From Chloroflexota bacterium (GTDB lineage: Bacteria; Chloroflexota; UBA11872; VXOZ01), in NCBI GenBank assembly GCA_963663275.1, contig OY760183.1:1856001-1920000 (forward strand): a stretch of DNA of 64,000 nucleotides, in the 5' to 3' direction. A program made the position numbers and the translations under genes. Every line of letters starts with the position of its first letter. Within the stretch, counting starts at the first letter, position 1. Positions 28,801 to 38,950 of this stretch are shown one piece after another. Below the pieces are notes generated by a model. That model had not been told where the DNA came from, made no database searches, and worked only from the letters and a program-made list of their open reading frames with translations.

Positions 28801-29529
28801 ATGGACAATCTACCCAAAGCACTTCTTCTCGATCTCGACGACACCATCCTGGACTGGTACACCAGCCCCGATGCGGCGTGGCTTCAGCTCTGCCGCGAGT
28901 TTGCCGGCAGTCTGGGAGTCGTGACTGTAGGGGAACTCCAGCGTGCCGTCCTGCAAGCCCGGGATTGGTATTGGAGCGACATGGAGCGTGCGCGCCTGGG
29001 TCGTCTTAACATGGTGCAAGCCAGGCGAGACATCTTGCTGAGGGCATTTGACCAATTCAACATTCCCGATTCGCCGCTCGTCACCCGCATGGGTGAGCGG
29101 TACAATCAAATCAGGGATGAGGCGATGCGACCGTTTCCCGGCGCCATCGAGACGCTGCAGCGGCTGCAGACGACAGACATTCGCTTGGGTCTGCTCACAA
29201 ACGGCAGCGCCGAGATGCAGCGCGCGAAGATCGAGCGGTTCTGCCTGGCAGAATACTTCGACCACATTCAGGTCGAGGGCGAGTTCGGGATCGGCAAGCC
29301 GGACGAGCGAGCGTTCCGGCACGCCCTCGAATCTTTAGGCGTGGAGTCTACCGAAGCCTGGATGGTCGGGGATAACCTGGATTTCGATATTCGCGGCGCG
29401 CAGCAGGTGGGCATCTATGCCATTTGGGTAGACACACAAGGTACCGGGTTGCCGGACGGGACTACGGTCCGCCCGGACATGACAATTGGGGCGGTGTCAG
29501 ACCTTGTCAAATCGAAAATACGAGACTGA
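28801..29529 (+). CDS. HAD family hydrolase (YjjG/YfnB-like)
   Basis: LLDLDDTI motif I, LTNG, GKPD, MVGDNLDFDIRGA; start re-called to ATG 28801. Confidence 0.9.
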   Translation: MDNLPKALLLDLDDTILDWYTSPDAAWLQLCREFAGSLGVVTVGELQRAVLQARDWYWSDMERARLGRLNMVQARRDILLRAFDQFNIPDSPLVTRMGERYNQIRDEAMRPFPGAIETLQRLQTTDIRLGLLTNGSAEMQRAKIERFCLAEYFDHIQVEGEFGIGKPDERAFRHALESLGVESTEAWMVGDNLDFDIRGAQQVGIYAIWVDTQGTGLPDGTTVRPDMTIGAVSDLVKSKIRD

Positions 29530-29634
29530 AACGCTGTTCTGAACATCGCCAGGCCAGTACACTCATAGCGGAGTGACCGACGAAAGAGCCGATTGTACCG
29601 GTCAAACTCGCACACCCCCAAGGAGCAATAGACC

Positions 29635-30525
29635 ATGCAACAGCGAGAAGTGCGTTGGGAATTGATGTTCCCGGATGAGTTGAATGCGGCGCTGGCGGCG
29701 TTTCCGGTGGTGTACATGCCCTATGGGTTGTGCGAGCCGCATGGGCCGCAGAACGTATTGGGGTGTGACGCCTTGCGGCCGGCGGGGCACATGCGCCAGG
29801 CGGCGGAGGAGTACGGCGGGATCGTGATGCCGGCCTCGTACTGGCACAATCACGAGGCGGGGACGTCCGCCAATTGGGGGCATCGCACCATCGGCAACAA
29901 CCGCACGTGGCTCACGTCGGTGCCGCCGTGGATGTTCTTCAAGAACATGAGCTACCACATCCGCGCCGTGGACGTGCTGGGGTTTCACGGCGCCATCATC
30001 TTCTCCGGCCACGCCGGCCCGCACAGCCCGGACATTCCGGTGTTCGTCGAGATCATGCAGCGGCACGTGGCCACGCGGCTGCACGTGTTCCACATCGGCA
30101 TGGGCACTGAGGAATCGCGCTTCGCGGACGACAAGGGCCTGGGCGGCCACGCCGGCCGCGGCGAAACGTCGCTGCTGTGGTCGGTGACGCCGGGCGGCGT
30201 GGACCTTTCCCGTCTGCCGCCCACGGACGCGCCCGGCCCGCACTTTGCCATGGGCGCCGACGCTTACGAGTCCGATCGCCGCGCCGGCGAACGGATGCAC
30301 GCCGACATCGTGGCCGCCCTGGGCGCCGCCGCAAAAGCACTGCTGGCGGAATACGACCGGCTGCAACCCACGCGCAAGCCGCTGACGTTTGCCGACGTGG
30401 AGGACATCTGGGAAGCCGACGTGCGCCCGGCGCTCAAGAACTTCAACTCGATGCAGCAGGCCCCGGAGCCGCCGCCGGCAGACTCGCTCTGGCACGCCAA
30501 CTGCCATATCCCGGACCGGGGCTAG
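29635..30525 (+). CDS. Creatininase/amidohydrolase family protein
   Basis: P.GLCEPHGP..LG.D, SGHAG, HAGRGETS metal-binding motifs. Confidence 0.88.
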   Translation: MQQREVRWELMFPDELNAALAAFPVVYMPYGLCEPHGPQNVLGCDALRPAGHMRQAAEEYGGIVMPASYWHNHEAGTSANWGHRTIGNNRTWLTSVPPWMFFKNMSYHIRAVDVLGFHGAIIFSGHAGPHSPDIPVFVEIMQRHVATRLHVFHIGMGTEESRFADDKGLGGHAGRGETSLLWSVTPGGVDLSRLPPTDAPGPHFAMGADAYESDRRAGERMHADIVAALGAAAKALLAEYDRLQPTRKPLTFADVEDIWEADVRPALKNFNSMQQAPEPPPADSLWHANCHIPDRG

Positions 30526-30630
30526 GGCCGGCGCGACGCGCCATATTCGCACAGCCTCGCTGAAGATACGTTGACGAATACCCTATAGGGCGTTGGCGGG
30601 CGTTCGCCATTAGCATGACCGCGGCGTACT

Positions 30631-31521
30631 ATGTCTATGGAGTCTCACCGCAACACGGCGCGCGTCATGTTGAACACGCTCATCGGAACTGCGCGGAACA
30701 TGGGCACAGGAATTCTCGTTGTCGTTGCTATCCTGATTGGCCTTGTCGTGCTGGCGCGCGTCTTGAGGCTGGAAGACGCCTTCCTCTACTTTCCCACACG
30801 CGAGACCTACATGACGCCCGATGAGATGGGGCTTGCCTATGAGGACGTGAAGTTCGGAGAAGAGGGGCGCTTGCACGGCTGGTTCGTGCCCGGCCGCACC
30901 GACGTGATTGTTCTCTGGTGCCACGGCAACGCCGGCAATTTGTCGGTGCCGGGACGGATAGAGTACATGAAACTGCTGCACGACCGTCTGGGCGTGGGGT
31001 TCTTCATCTTCGACTACCGGGGGTACGGGCAGAGTTCCGGCAAGCCGTCTGAGGAGGGTCTCTACCAGGACGCGCGGGACGCGCTGTCCTATTTGCAGAG
31101 CCGCGACGACGTGAATCCCGACCGCATCGTCTACTACGGCAAGTCGCTGGGCGGCGCGGTGGCGTCCCACCTGGCGACCGAAGAAGCGCCCTATCGGCTG
31201 ATCCTGGAGTCCACGTTCACCTCCACGCCGGACATGGCGCGGGTGATATTTCCGTTTCTGCCGCTGGGACCGTTGCTCTATACGCGCTACAGCAACCGCG
31301 AAAACCTAGCGGGCATCCACGCGCCCGTGCTCATCATCCACGGCGACCGCGACGAGAAAGTGCCGGCGGAACACGCGGACATCCTCTACGACGCCGCCAA
31401 CGAACCGAAACGGCGCTACATCGTCCCCCGCGCCCGGCACGACGACGTATTCTACGCCGGCGGCGAACGCTACCTGGAAGTGCTCGCGGAGTTTCTCGAT
31501 CTGCCGCTGGCGCCGGCATAA
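30631..31521 (+). CDS. Alpha/beta hydrolase (ABHD13/BEM46-like), membrane anchored
   Basis: CHGNAGN, DYRGYG.S, GKSLG nucleophile elbow, IHGDRD, RHDD. Confidence 0.9.
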   Translation: MSMESHRNTARVMLNTLIGTARNMGTGILVVVAILIGLVVLARVLRLEDAFLYFPTRETYMTPDEMGLAYEDVKFGEEGRLHGWFVPGRTDVIVLWCHGNAGNLSVPGRIEYMKLLHDRLGVGFFIFDYRGYGQSSGKPSEEGLYQDARDALSYLQSRDDVNPDRIVYYGKSLGGAVASHLATEEAPYRLILESTFTSTPDMARVIFPFLPLGPLLYTRYSNRENLAGIHAPVLIIHGDRDEKVPAEHADILYDAANEPKRRYIVPRARHDDVFYAGGERYLEVLAEFLDLPLAPA

Positions 31522-31554
31522 ATGCAGTGTGGCAGAAGCGCATCGAAAGGCGCC

Positions 31555-32283
31555 CTACTCCTCCCACAACTCCACGTCCGCGTACCAGGCGGTGACCGTG
31601 CCGCCGCTGCCGTCGTGGTGGCGGCTGACGGGCCGGCCGACGATTTCGCCAGGTTGCGCGGCAATGGGCCGGCTGAACATGGGGCCGGCCACGACGCAGG
31701 TGTGAAACTCGCCGTTCTCGCCGAGCGGGTCGGTGCCATCAGGCAAGTCGTCCAGGAACGACTGATCGAACCAGCGGCCGGCAAAGCTGCGGTCGAGCTT
31801 GGACGTTGGGCTTACCGCTGTGACGATGGCCTTCAGTCCGGCGCGCAGCATGGTCTGCGCCAACTCCGCCGTGGGCAGGCCCCAGACCGGGAAGATGGGG
31901 TCAAAACCTGTGCCCACCAGCTTCGATTCGCGGTACGCTCGGATGTCCTCGAGAAACAGATCGCCAAAGGCAACGGTCTTGGCCGTCAACTCCGGCGGCA
32001 GACCGCGCGCTTGCTCCAGGAATGCCGCCATCGCCGCTTCGTATTCTTCATTGGAGCACGGATACGGGATAGGTACTTCATAGAGCGGCAGCCCCAGCCG
32101 CTCCGCCTGCACGCGCAGCAACTGTATTGGCGTGGCCTGTATCGAGACGCGACCAAAGTGAGGCGTCACCGTGGTGAAAACGCCGCGCACGTCGTACCGC
32201 TCCGGCTGCTGTCGCAGGACGTGCAACGCCCAGGCGGAGTCTTTCCCCGATGACCACGAGACGAGCACGGGCTTTGGTGGCAC
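31555..32283 (-). CDS. Diphthamide synthase-like PP-loop ATPase (MJ0570-related)
   Basis: SWSSGKDSAW, FGDLFLEDIRAYRE, DPLGENGEFHT. Confidence 0.9.
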   Translation of the reverse strand: MPPKPVLVSWSSGKDSAWALHVLRQQPERYDVRGVFTTVTPHFGRVSIQATPIQLLRVQAERLGLPLYEVPIPYPCSNEEYEAAMAAFLEQARGLPPELTAKTVAFGDLFLEDIRAYRESKLVGTGFDPIFPVWGLPTAELAQTMLRAGLKAIVTAVSPTSKLDRSFAGRWFDQSFLDDLPDGTDPLGENGEFHTCVVAGPMFSRPIAAQPGEIVGRPVSRHHDGSGGTVTAWYADVELWEE

Positions 32284-32365
32284 TTCCTATCGTGGCCTTT
32301 CCTTGAATCCACTGACGCCGCGTTTGTGGGGTAGAGGCGATTACAACCGACGGGGATTCTGTTGG

Positions 32366-33328
32366 TCATTTGGAACCAAGTATCACTTCCAGCTGCTGAT
32401 CGAAGACGTCTCTAAGCTTGGGTAGGAGTTCAAGCATCCATGCCCCAGTTTCCGCCAACTTCTCAGAAGGATAGTCTATGGATCCGTCTCTCCTGATGCA
32501 GATGGAGGAGAAATTCCGGTTTTCATGCCTTAACCAATGCCATTCCGGCTTGGGATCAACGACGATGCTCTGTTCAATCTTCACCCGGTCGTCCTTCAAT
32601 GTGTCGAAAACTCGCTTGGTGACCCCCTTCTCATTCATGTATATGCTCAGGATCACCCAGGCGCTGTCTCTAGATAATTCCGCCGCATACCTGATGCCCG
32701 GGTAAAGGTTAGAGCGAAACATGCGGCCGGTGTGGTCAAAGTACTGGACCGGCCTCTCTTCAAAGCCCTTGCCATGCAGCTTAGCAAGTAGCGGCCAAAA
32801 GAACTCAGCGTACTTCCGTTTGTCAGTATCCTTCTCTCCCGATTGGAGTGTGGCCTCTTTGCGCCAGCCGCCAGGCCACACGACCTTGCGGAACCTAGGC
32901 GAACGGTCGCCACCAGGCCTCTTTACGACCTCGACCTTGACGCCGTAGAACCGGATGCTGTCTTTCGTCCATTCGTTGAGCCGGTGCAGGGCCTGCGCAT
33001 GTTCGTACACGAAGTCCGGCGCGACCCAGACTGCGATGTGTGCGTCGCGTCCGGTTGCATAGGTGAGCAACTGCCCAAGATGGCCCTGGTCGGTTACCTC
33101 TAGTTGGTTCTCAACAGCTACTTTCGCACCATTGCCGGCAATTCTCGCCAAGATATCTAGGGAGAAATGCCCCACCTGCGCTTCCGTCTGGAGAGATTCC
33201 AGTTTCAAATCTATAGCGTCGCCCAAGACTTGGAGATTCTCGGCGAGCCAGGGGGTGAAGTCGCGCGCCTCATCCTGCCACATGGTGCGGACACTCAACT
33301 GTTCTACCTCATCTTCGCCGTTACCCAA
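32366..33328 (-). CDS. DUF4268 domain protein with N-terminal PD-(D/E)xK nuclease-like domain
   Basis: W..EARDFTPWL.EN, E..VG.FSLDILA, VENQL...D..HLGQLLTYA; lower GC. Confidence 0.8.
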   Translation of the reverse strand: MGNGEDEVEQLSVRTMWQDEARDFTPWLAENLQVLGDAIDLKLESLQTEAQVGHFSLDILARIAGNGAKVAVENQLEVTDQGHLGQLLTYATGRDAHIAVWVAPDFVYEHAQALHRLNEWTKDSIRFYGVKVEVVKRPGGDRSPRFRKVVWPGGWRKEATLQSGEKDTDKRKYAEFFWPLLAKLHGKGFEERPVQYFDHTGRMFRSNLYPGIRYAAELSRDSAWVILSIYMNEKGVTKRVFDTLKDDRVKIEQSIVVDPKPEWHWLRHENRNFSSICIRRDGSIDYPSEKLAETGAWMLELLPKLRDVFDQQLEVILGSK

Positions 33329-33337
33329 TTTGATTTC

Positions 33338-33679
33338 CTATCGCTTCCCAGTGTCTCCAGGTTTAATCACGAAGTCCCGGCGGTCCCGGTACAGGAGCGC
33401 CCGGTTCAGCACATAGTCATCTGTCGCCAAGTCGATATCGGCGCAGTCCGTCATGGTCCAGTACTTGTAATCCCCCAGAAAGAGGTACAGCCGTCTCTGG
33501 TTGAAGAACGCGCACTCCACACCCTCCCCTCGCGTGATGCGCTCACAGAACGCGGCCAGCAATTCCTCTTGGCCGTCCTTCTTGATGACAACGTATTCGT
33601 GCGGCCACGAATCCTTGAACATGACCGCCTCACGCCAGGGGGCGCGGCGTATCAGAGTCATGATGTCATGTGTATTCAT
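33338..33679 (-). CDS. Small hypothetical protein
   Basis: WREA....WPHEYVV, YL..GDYKYWTM, VLNRA; GAGGA RBS; ends about 10 bp before the DUF4268 gene. Confidence 0.75.
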   Translation of the reverse strand: MNTHDIMTLIRRAPWREAVMFKDSWPHEYVVIKKDGQEELLAAFCERITRGEGVECAFFNQRRLYLFLGDYKYWTMTDCADIDLATDDYVLNRALLYRDRRDFVIKPGDTGKR

Positions 33680-33891
33680 CTGGATTATCCTCTTCCTCGG
33701 TGCGTCCTCTATAGCATGCTTAGTCGTCCGCTCGACCTATCGCTTGGCTGCAACTACAGTTAGACATCACACGGCGTGCCGTTCCCGCCAGTAAAGCGGT
33801 CATTCCGATGCGGGCCACAATCCAGATTAGCCATCCCCCGGACTTTGGCTTCAAGAATAACACGGGAATACTCTAGAGTTCGATAACAGAC

Positions 33892-33919
33892 GTAGGGGCA
33901 CGACATGTCGTGCCCCTAC
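33892..33919. repeat. REP palindrome GTAGGGGCACGACATGTCGTGCCCCTAC (identical copies at 44909-44936 and 52384-52411)
   Basis: Perfect 28-bp palindrome seen three times. Confidence 0.9.
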
Positions 33920-34011
33920 GTCTATTGCCTATCCTGCGCAATCTGTCGCTACCACCCACTGCAAGTATCACGAATGCGGCAGTTACGAACTTGCCACTCT
34001 AGTACTCGCCG

Positions 34012-34884
34012 TCACCCAGCGCGAGCGACTGCCTCCTCAATCGCCCGTCCGGCGAACACCGTCGTCAGGTGTTCGCGGTAATCCGCCGAGGCGTGGAGGT
34101 CGTCGTTGAGGTCCTCGATGTTGGCGGCGGCGCGTTTGGCGGCGCGGCGGATGACGGCGGCGTCGACGTGTTTGCCGCGCAGGATGCGCTCGGTGTTGCG
34201 GGCGCGGACCGCCGTCGGGCCGGCGCCGGTCACGCCAATGCGCGCTGCCGCGCAGGCGCCGTCGTCATCCAGCGTAATCGCCGCCGCCACGCCCACCACC
34301 GCGTAGTGGGAGGCCTTGTTCGGCAGTTTCTGGTAAGAAACGCCGGTGCGGGGCGGCAGGGCCGGGATGCGGATTTCGGTCAGAATCTCGTTGGGACGGA
34401 GCGCCGTAGTCAGCAGGTCGCGGAAGAAGCGGTCGATGGACAGCGTGCGGCCGGAGCGCGCCGTGGCGGTGACAAGCTCGAAACCCAGCGCCAGCGCCAA
34501 AGCGGGGAAATCGCCCGCCGGGTCGGCATGGGCCAGGCTGCCGCCGATGGTGCCCTTGTTCTGCACCTGCACGTCGCCCACCTCACCGGCGGCCTGCGCC
34601 AGCGCGGGAATGCGCGCCTGCACGAGCGCCGAATGCTTGATGTCGTGGTAGGTTGACATCGCGCCAATGGCCAGGCTGCCGTCGTCTTCCTCACGGATGA
34701 AGCGCAGTTCGGAAATCTTGCCCAGGTCAATCAGGCACTGCGGCGTGGATAGACGCAGTTTCATGATGGGCAGCAGGCTGTGGCCGCCCGCCAGCAATTT
34801 CGCCTCGTCCCCGTGCTGCCGCAGCAGCCGCAGGGCGTCGGCAACGGACGTCGGCGCGTAGTAATCGAACGCTTGGGGGATCAT
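34012..34884 (-). CDS. coxM: Molybdenum hydroxylase FAD-binding subunit (CoxM-like)
   Basis: FDYYAP, LLAGGHSLLP, QVQNKGTIGGSLAHADPAGD, ASADYR. Confidence 0.9.
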   Translation of the reverse strand: MIPQAFDYYAPTSVADALRLLRQHGDEAKLLAGGHSLLPIMKLRLSTPQCLIDLGKISELRFIREEDDGSLAIGAMSTYHDIKHSALVQARIPALAQAAGEVGDVQVQNKGTIGGSLAHADPAGDFPALALALGFELVTATARSGRTLSIDRFFRDLLTTALRPNEILTEIRIPALPPRTGVSYQKLPNKASHYAVVGVAAAITLDDDGACAAARIGVTGAGPTAVRARNTERILRGKHVDAAVIRRAAKRAAANIEDLNDDLHASADYREHLTTVFAGRAIEEAVARAG

Positions 34885-37262
34885 GAGCGGCCTCCTCTCC
34901 GGCTACGGCCATGTTTCTGCAGTACCCGCCAGATGCGCTCGGCAGTCATGGGAATGTCTACGTGGGTCACGCCCAGGTGCGAGAGCGCGTCCACCACCGC
35001 GTTGGCGACGGTGGGCGTGGCGGAGATGGTCGCCATCTCGCCAATGCCCTTCGCGCCCATGGGGTTGACCGGGCTCGGCGTCACCGTGCGGTCGAGCTCG
35101 AACATCGGAAATTCCTGAGCAAACGGCATCGCGTAGTCCATGAGCGAGCCGGAAACTAGCTGCCCTTCGTCGTCCCAGACCGCCTGCTCCAGCAGCGCCT
35201 GGCCGATGCCCTGCGCCAGGCCGCCGTGAATCTGCCCTTCCACGAGCGTGGGATTGATGACCGTGCCGCAGTCGTCCACGGAAACGTAACGCTTCAAAGA
35301 GACCTCGCCTGTGTCCCGGTCGATCTCCACCACGGCGATGTGGGCGCTGAAGGGGAAGGTCAGTCCCGGCGGTTCCCAGAAGGAGACCGCCTCCAAGCCG
35401 GGTTGCTCGTCTTCCGGCAGCAACTGGCCGTCGTAGGCTTCGGAACCCACTTCGGCCCAGGTAACGTACTGGTCCGGCATGTCCTGCACGGCGAACAAGC
35501 CGTCTTCAAGCGTAATGAGGGTGGGATCGAGCGTATCGCCGATCTTGTCTTCCAGCAGCGCCGTGGCGATGCGCTTGGCCTTGTCCTTGATCTGTTCGTT
35601 GGCCTTGAGAATCGCCGTGCCGCCGACGACCAGCGTGCGGCTGCCAAAGGTGCCGACGCCGCGGGCGACGATGCTCGTGTCCCCGTGAATGATCTCGATG
35701 TCCTCGAAGGGCACGCCGAGATCGTCGGCCACGATTTGCGCAAAGGAGGTTTCCTCGCCCTGGCCGTGAGGCGACGCGCCGGTGAGAACGGTGACTTTGC
35801 CCATGGGGTCCACGCGCACCGTGGCGCTCTCGAACCCGCCCAGTCCGCCCATGGCGGCGGCGGGACCGAAACCGCAGACCTCGGTGGTCACGGTCACGCC
35901 GATGCCCATGAGCGTACCGGCCTTGCGCTGCGCCTTTTGTTCCGCCCGCAGGTTGTCGTAATCGGCGATTGCCAGCGCCTTATCCAGCGCGGCCTCATAA
36001 TCGGCGCTGTCGTACTCCATCTCGGTGGGAGTGGTGTAGGGGAAGGCGTCTTTGGGGATGAAGTTCTTGCGCCGCACGGCCACCGGGTCTTTGCCCGTCG
36101 CGTCGGCGATCAGGTCCATCACCCGCTCGATGATGTACGCCGCTTCCGGCCGTCCGGCGCCGCGATAGGCGTCGTAGGGAATCTTGTTGGTGTAGACACC
36201 AATAGTGGTCCAGCCGATGTCGCGAATGCCGTAGACGCCCGGCGAGAGCGAAGGCGTGAGCGTGGGAATAACGTGGGAAATCACCTGCGCGTACGCGCCC
36301 AGGTCGGCGTAGATCTTCAGCTTCATGCCCAGCAGGGTGCCATCCTTCTTATAGGCGGCTTCCACGTACTGCGCCTGTCCCCGGCCGTGGCTGGTGGAGA
36401 CGAAGTGCTCCGTGCGGTCTTCCGCCCACTTGACCGGCCGGCCGACTTTCTGGGCAAGGATAATGGCGATCAGGGATTCAGAGTAGGTATTGATCTTGCA
36501 GCCGAAACCGCCGCCCACGTCGATGGCGATCACGCGCAGTTTGTTCTCCGGCATGCCCAACATGCGGGCCGCGACCATGCGCTCGATGTGGGGATTCTGC
36601 GTGGTGACCCACAGCGTGGCGTTGCCGCTGCTGCGCTCGAAGTCGGCCACCGCCGCCCGCGGCTCCATGGGATTGGGAATGAGGCGGGGCTGCTCCAGGC
36701 GCGCTTCCACCACGCCGTCGGCCTCGGCGAAAGCGCGGTCGGGATCGCCGGCCTGGTCGGTGGCCTCGTAGCATTGATTGGTGCCCAAGTCCTCGTGGAT
36801 GACGGGCTGGCCCGCGTCCACCGCGGTCTCCATGTCCACCACGACGGGCAGCGGCTCGTAGTCTACGTCGATCAGGTCGAGCGCGTCCCGGGCGGCTGCC
36901 CGCGAGGCTGCGACCACCGCGGCAACCGGCTCGCCGACGTAATTGGCCTTATCCGCCGCCATGGGCCAGCGTTCCGGATACTTCATGTCGTCCAAGATGG
37001 CAAACAGCGGGAACGGTTCCGCGCACCGTTCGTTGATTTCCGCGCCGGTCATCACGCCCAACACGTCGGGGTGGGCCGCGGCCTGCGCCGTATCGATGCT
37101 ATTGATGCGCGCGTGGGCGTACGGACTGCGCAGCACGGCGAAATACGCCATGCCCGGCAGGATGACGTCGTCCGTATACTTGCCCTCGCCGGTGATGAGG
37201 CGAGGGTCTTCCTTGCGCTTCACGCGCGAACCGATCAATTTGGATACCTGGCCAGCGATCAT
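34881..37262 (-). CDS. coxL: Molybdopterin-binding large subunit, form II CoxL-like
   Basis: RKEDPRLITG, GGGFGCK, AYRGAGRPEA active-site loop, HGQG.ET, GQIHGGLAQGIG, KGIGE. Confidence 0.9.
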   Translation of the reverse strand: MIAGQVSKLIGSRVKRKEDPRLITGEGKYTDDVILPGMAYFAVLRSPYAHARINSIDTAQAAAHPDVLGVMTGAEINERCAEPFPLFAILDDMKYPERWPMAADKANYVGEPVAAVVAASRAAARDALDLIDVDYEPLPVVVDMETAVDAGQPVIHEDLGTNQCYEATDQAGDPDRAFAEADGVVEARLEQPRLIPNPMEPRAAVADFERSSGNATLWVTTQNPHIERMVAARMLGMPENKLRVIAIDVGGGFGCKINTYSESLIAIILAQKVGRPVKWAEDRTEHFVSTSHGRGQAQYVEAAYKKDGTLLGMKLKIYADLGAYAQVISHVIPTLTPSLSPGVYGIRDIGWTTIGVYTNKIPYDAYRGAGRPEAAYIIERVMDLIADATGKDPVAVRRKNFIPKDAFPYTTPTEMEYDSADYEAALDKALAIADYDNLRAEQKAQRKAGTLMGIGVTVTTEVCGFGPAAAMGGLGGFESATVRVDPMGKVTVLTGASPHGQGEETSFAQIVADDLGVPFEDIEIIHGDTSIVARGVGTFGSRTLVVGGTAILKANEQIKDKAKRIATALLEDKIGDTLDPTLITLEDGLFAVQDMPDQYVTWAEVGSEAYDGQLLPEDEQPGLEAVSFWEPPGLTFPFSAHIAVVEIDRDTGEVSLKRYVSVDDCGTVINPTLVEGQIHGGLAQGIGQALLEQAVWDDEGQLVSGSLMDYAMPFAQEFPMFELDRTVTPSPVNPMGAKGIGEMATISATPTVANAVVDALSHLGVTHVDIPMTAERIWRVLQKHGRSRRGGRS

Positions 37263-37500
37263 CGCCTCGCTCCTTTACTTTCGCGCCTGGCCTCTGCCAA
37301 TTTCCCTTGGAATTGCAGAGGGCTGAAACTCTCTGAGAAAAAGCCTCTGTGTTCTCTCCGCAATTCCGTAACGGCAAGAGGCGCGACTATAATTCCCGGT
37401 CTGCCTCCCGGCGCATCGTTCTGCATCGCCTCGCCGGCGGTGTCCGCTCGCGGCGAAGGCGTGTGGGCTGTACGTGCGCCGTTGAGAACTACGAGTGCCT

Positions 37501-37974
37501 CTACGCCTGTTCCTGCATCCGTTGGGCGGCGAATTGCGCCGCTTTCACGATGTTCTGGTAGCCGGTGCAGCGGCAGATGTTGCCGGCCAGCGAGTGGCGG
37601 ATTTCGTCCTCACTGGGATCGGGTTGCTCCTCCAGCACCTGGTGGAGGGTCATGATGATGCCCGGCGTGCAGAAGCCGCACTGCAACCCGTGCTCTTCCC
37701 AGAAGCCTTCCTGCACCGGATGCAGTTCGCCGTCCTGCGCCAAGCCTTCGATGGTGGTCACCTCGCTGCCGTCGGCCTGCACGGCGAGCACCGTGCAAGA
37801 CTTGACCGCCGCACCGTCCACGACCACCGTGCACGCGCCGCATTGACTGGTGTCGCATCCCACGTGCGTGCCGGTGAGCCCCAGCTCGTCACGCAGGTAA
37901 TACGCCAGCAACGTGCGCGGCTCGACGCTGCCGGTGTGACGTGTGCCGTTCACTGTCACCGTAATCTCGGGCAT
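37501..37974 (-). CDS. coxS: 2Fe-2S small subunit (CoxS-like)
   Basis: [28 protein letters not shown]; start re-called to ATG 37974. Confidence 0.92.
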   Translation of the reverse strand: MPEITVTVNGTRHTGSVEPRTLLAYYLRDELGLTGTHVGCDTSQCGACTVVVDGAAVKSCTVLAVQADGSEVTTIEGLAQDGELHPVQEGFWEEHGLQCGFCTPGIIMTLHQVLEEQPDPSEDEIRHSLAGNICRCTGYQNIVKAAQFAAQRMQEQA

Positions 37975-38126
37975 ACCGCTATCCCCCCCTACGCAAAAGC
38001 GTGTCTGCGCGCGCCAAAGAGCGCGATGCGCCAAAAATACTTGGTCTAGTATACCAAGTGTGTTTCAATTGCACACGCGGGTGAATCCGAGTGTTGAGCA
38101 CGCTCAGTTGTTGAAACGTCCTGAAT

Positions 38127-38261
38127 TGGCCCTATTCGTCAAAGTGGATCCATTCGTCAAAATGGCCTATTCGTAAAGATGGCCCCATTTTTCAAAGCGG
38201 CCCTATTCGTCAAGTGGAATCAGCCCAACCGTTCGTGCTGAGCCTGTCGAAGTATGAACGG
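38127..38261. repeat. Five tandem 17-18-bp repeats (TGGCCCTATTCGTCAAAG consensus) followed by a CCGTTCGTGCTGAGCCTGTCGAAG-type REP
   Basis: Units start at 38127, 38145, 38163, 38180 and 38198. Confidence 0.8.
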
Positions 38262-38402
38262 TTGGGCGGATTCTCATGGGAACGCTGTCGCCAATCCTCT
38301 ACTCTTGCATGGTTGCGGCGGCATAACCGATTAGAATGCCGGCCGGCATTGGCGGTATCATGGGAGAAACGATAAGCCACACACCGAGCAAGGGAAGAAC
38401 GC

Positions 38403-38846
38403 ATGAAGGTCGAAGGCACGTTTACGATCAAGGCGGAGAGAGACCGCGTCTGGGAACTGCTGCAAGACCCGGAGGTGCTGGCGGCGTGCATCCCCGGCTG
38501 CGAGAAGCTGGAACCGGCGGGCGACGATACCTTTGCGGCAACCCTGAACGTGGGCGTGGCCGGCATCAAAGGGCGCTACCAGGGCACGGTGGCGGTGGCC
38601 GACCGGGACCCGCCAAACGGCTACCGCATGATCGTGGAAGGCAAGGGCGGCCCCGGCTTTGTGAAAGGCGAGGGCAGCTTTGCGCTCTCCGAGAAGAAGC
38701 CCGGCGTCACCACCATCCACGTCACCGGCGAAGGCCAAGCCGGCGGCACCCTGGCCCGCGTGGGCCAACGCCTCATGCTCCAAGCCGCCAAACTGCTGAT
38801 GAAGCAGTTCTTCACGCGGCTGAATAGAGAAGCCTCGGCGCGCTAA
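38403..38846 (+). CDS. coxG: CoxG (SRPBCC) family protein
   Basis: VWELLQDPEVLAACIPGCE, GGTLARVGQRL...A..L...FF. Confidence 0.9.
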   Translation: MKVEGTFTIKAERDRVWELLQDPEVLAACIPGCEKLEPAGDDTFAATLNVGVAGIKGRYQGTVAVADRDPPNGYRMIVEGKGGPGFVKGEGSFALSEKKPGVTTIHVTGEGQAGGTLARVGQRLMLQAAKLLMKQFFTRLNREASAR

Positions 38847-38950
38847 GAAAAACTCCGTAAGAGGGGTGAGGCTATCTGTCCGCGTAGCTTAGTGCCCTGC
38901 AAATGTGCTGTACCCAATCTCGCGCGTATCTCGGGTTGTGCCGATGGACA

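Noticed and set aside
34881-37262. True (form I) aerobic CO dehydrogenase
   Set aside because: The active-site loop is AYRGAGR, not AYXCSFR, and the gene order is S-L-M.
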